NCBI GenBank assembly: GCA_050010575.1
Contig: JBEKKU010000001.1
Span: forward strand, 1 to 57,490
Length of the DNA stretch: 57,490 nt
DNA from: Thermacetogeniaceae bacterium
GTDB taxonomy: Bacteria > Bacillota > DSM-12270 > Thermacetogeniales > Thermacetogeniaceae
Reading direction: 5' to 3'
Part shown: positions 55,460 to 57,490 of the stretch, in pieces
How positions within the stretch are numbered: position 1 is the stretch's first letter
How the letters are laid out: each line of letters starts with the position of its first letter
Made by a program: the position numbers and the translations under genes
Notes under the pieces: model-generated
Databases searched by the model: none
The model's input: the letters and a program-made list of their open reading frames with translations, nothing else
What the model was told of the DNA's origin: nothing

Positions 55460-55921
55460 TTATGGTGCATCTGGTATAGTTGCCGTTGTTTCACTTGGGC
55501 CTGATTTCCCAGCAAGACCAGTACCTACTACGTAATTAGAACCATCTAGTGAAGTTATAGTATTAATTTCATACCCTGAATTAGTACCATCTGGTTTGTA
55601 TTGATACTTTCTTGCTGATCCTGCTGTTGTTACAGCAGCGTTACCAACCAATTCTGTGCTTAGACCTGCTGCGGTCAGACTGGCATCATCACCTGCCGGG
55701 TAGGCATTGCTACCCGCGTTAGCCTGTGCATAGTATGAATCAAGCGCGGCCTGCATGGTAGTGATATCAGCTGTGGCTTTGGTAATCTTTGCCCTGCCGA
55801 TGTAGCCGATATAGAATCTGATACCGCCAGCGATCAACACGGCGATGATGATTAGTACTACCATCATTTCCACCAGAGTGAAACCTTTTTCGTTACGGAC
55901 ATACTTTTTTAGATCGATCAT
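55460..55921 (-). CDS. pilA: major type IV pilin
   Basis: 153 aa with class III signal MIDLKKYVRNEKG/FTLVEMMVVLIIIAVLIAGG. It has its own strong promoter and terminator. Confidence 0.9.
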   Translation of the reverse strand: MIDLKKYVRNEKGFTLVEMMVVLIIIAVLIAGGIRFYIGYIGRAKITKATADITTMQAALDSYYAQANAGSNAYPAGDDASLTAAGLSTELVGNAAVTTAGSARKYQYKPDGTNSGYEINTITSLDGSNYVVGTGLAGKSGPSETTATIPDAP

Positions 55922-56011
55922 TGTTTTTCACCCCCTCTCCCTCAAGAATGATCCCTGCCATTGTCTTACAGATATATCGGCATAATTAAAAATAAATTAA
56001 ATGCTATGAAA

Positions 56012-56040
56012 AATATACATTCAATCCCGTATTCTGTCAA
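56012..56040 (-). promoter_or_regulatory. sigma-A promoter of pilA
   Basis: The minus strand reads TTGACA-N17-TATATT, about 90 nt upstream of the pilA ATG. Confidence 0.55.
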
Positions 56041-56087
56041 TAGTACATTTATAATGTCGTTTAGGGTCGTAGATGGTTATTTTGTCC

Positions 56088-57335
56088 CTAGGGCGTAGGG
56101 ACTCCAGACCCAGCCGACATCGCCCCCGACAGGCCGAACAGCGGCATGTAGATGGAGATGGCGATGAAGCCGATAATCAGTCCCACCCCAGCGATCATCA
56201 GCGGCTCGATGGTGCTGGACAGGCTGGCAACCATCGCCTCCACCTCATCCTCGTAGAAGATGGCCAGCTTGTCCAGCAGGGTGTCCAGGGAGCCGGATTC
56301 CTCTCCGATGGAGATCATGCTGACCGCCATCGGCGGGAAGAAGTTGCTCCTGGCCAGTATCGGCGACATCCGGTCGCCCTCCTTGATGTTGCTTCTGGCC
56401 TCGGCGATATTGTCTGCGGCCACAGTATTGCCGACGATCTCCTCAACCGTCTCCAGCGCCCGCAGCAGAGGAATACCACTTTTCAGCAGTGTCGACAGGG
56501 TGCGGGCGAACCTGGCCACCGCTGTCTTTCTGGTCATGGAGCCCACGATCGGCAATTTAAGGATGATCCGGTCAAATGCCCGGCGGCCCTGTTTGCTAGC
56601 CAATAGTTGCGAGATCCCGACGGGAAGTACGATGAATAGCAGGGGCAGGATGATAAACCAGTAATGGATCAGCACATTGCTCAGCGTTAGCATGATTTGG
56701 GTAGGCAGCGGGAGCGTGGCCCCGGCCTGCTTGAAGATGTCGACAAAAATCGGCACCACGAAGATCAGCAGGGCGATGACGGCCACCAAAGCCATGATTC
56801 CTATCAGCATCGGGTAGGTCATCGCAGACTTGATCTTGGACTGCAGAGCGTGCTCCCGCTCGAAGGTCACGGCCAGGCGCTCCATGCACTGGTCCAGGGT
56901 GCCACTGAGTTCGCCGGCTGCGAGCATACTGACGAATATATCGGGAAACTGCTCCCGGTATCTCCTGAAGGCATCGCTGAGTCCGGTGCCTTGCTCGATC
57001 TCTTTGGCCACGCTCTCGAGGATCTTCTGCAATCTCACGCCTTCTGTCTGCCTGGCCAGGATGTGCAGACACTGCAGGATCGGTATACCCGCCTGATTCA
57101 TGGTGGCAAACTGCCGGCAGAAGATGGCCAGCGACCGGGCTCCGATCTTTCTCTTGAACAGTTTGTCGAGGTCAATGGTGGGCAGACTCCACTGTTGGTT
57201 GATGTTGACCACAAACAGATTGCGCGACCGCAGCAATGTGATCACTGCCGAGGTGCTATTAGCCTGCACGTTGCCGGTGATGATCTGGCCGGACAGGTTC
57301 CTGGCTTTGTAGCTGAAAGACTGAGACTGAGGCAT
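56088..57335 (-). CDS. pilC: type IV pilus platform protein PilC (GspF family)
   Basis: 415 aa with two T2SSF repeats and three TM regions. Confidence 0.93.
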   Translation of the reverse strand: MPQSQSFSYKARNLSGQIITGNVQANSTSAVITLLRSRNLFVVNINQQWSLPTIDLDKLFKRKIGARSLAIFCRQFATMNQAGIPILQCLHILARQTEGVRLQKILESVAKEIEQGTGLSDAFRRYREQFPDIFVSMLAAGELSGTLDQCMERLAVTFEREHALQSKIKSAMTYPMLIGIMALVAVIALLIFVVPIFVDIFKQAGATLPLPTQIMLTLSNVLIHYWFIILPLLFIVLPVGISQLLASKQGRRAFDRIILKLPIVGSMTRKTAVARFARTLSTLLKSGIPLLRALETVEEIVGNTVAADNIAEARSNIKEGDRMSPILARSNFFPPMAVSMISIGEESGSLDTLLDKLAIFYEDEVEAMVASLSSTIEPLMIAGVGLIIGFIAISIYMPLFGLSGAMSAGSGVPTP

Positions 57336-57377
57336 CCGCTCTCCTCCTCGCTGACTTTCATAATGCCTGAGTTGGCT

Positions 57378-57490
57378 CTAGATCAGGTCTTTCTTCAGAT
57401 TCTCCGGGTCCCGGGCATAGATCAGGGCATCTTCCCTGCCGATCAGTTGTTTCTGATACAGGTTCTTGAGGGAGGCATCTATTGTAGCCA
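57378..57490 (-). CDS. pilT: PilT-type retraction ATPase, C-terminal ~36 codons (gene runs off the window)
   Basis: Reverse complement translates to ...ATIDASLKNLYQKQLIGREDALIYARDPENLKKDLI*, the characteristic PilT C-terminus. Confidence 0.7.
   Translation of the reverse strand, partial: ATIDASLKNLYQKQLIGREDALIYARDPENLKKDLI

Noticed and set aside
55460-55921. PilA as a conductive e-pilin, as proposed for some syntrophic or metal-reducing anaerobes.
   Set aside because: The mature protein is ~140 aa with a full globular C-terminal domain and only 11 aromatic residues (2 Phe, 9 Tyr, no Trp/His) by my count, with long aromatic-free gaps. It is not the short, aromatic-dense Geobacter type.

Overview
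This 57.5-kb window is coded almost entirely on the minus strand. Gene content and near-perfect B. subtilis-like synteny point to a spore-forming Firmicutes/Clostridia chromosome; that taxon call is inference, and all homology calls were made by eye and from memory.

Positions 1-36.7 kb are a conserved housekeeping and sporulation backbone: pdp-deoB-xerD-spoIIM-nudF-M20 peptidase-spo0A-spoIVB-recN-argR-nadK-tlyA-dxs-oapA-[OLE RNA]-ispA-xseB-xseA-folD-folD-nusB-DUF2273-amaP-asp23-accC-(carboxyltransferase::AccB fusion)-spoIIIAH..AA-acidic Zn-ribbon protein-efp-pepP-aroQ-pmbA-tldD. Many neighbouring genes are linked by 4-nt ATGA/GTGA start/stop overlaps.

Positions 36.7-57.5 kb are a mosaic, visibly lower-GC type IV pilus locus. 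On the minus strand it reads pilT'-pilC-pilA, then three minor pilins, pilMNO-pilD and a GspH/FimT-like pilin. An AT-rich spacer follows, then a distal module of two pseudopilins plus a 966-aa PilX-N/Ig-repeat protein. The locus is split by a plus-strand, five-gene glycan-assembly island (49.4-55.4 kb: initiating phosphoglycosyltransferase, GT2, two GT4, Wzy_C/O-antigen-ligase-like protein) that converges on pilA.

Most interesting observations:
- A candidate pilin O-glycosylation cassette sits inside a Gram-positive T4P locus.
- A roughly 630-nt highly structured non-coding RNA plus a 4-TM protein lie in the ispA-dxs slot, matching the OLE RNA/OapA arrangement.
- A dispersed, nested palindromic repeat family supplies stop or start codons to xseA, spoIIIAD and possibly spoIIIAE.
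- A pyruvate-carboxyltransferase is fused in frame to a complete AccB that keeps its own internal SD+ATG.
- Two tandem FolD paralogs show complementary motif erosion.
- Several deletion-truncated gene stubs are present.

No rRNA, tRNA, CRISPR array, transposase or integrase was seen.
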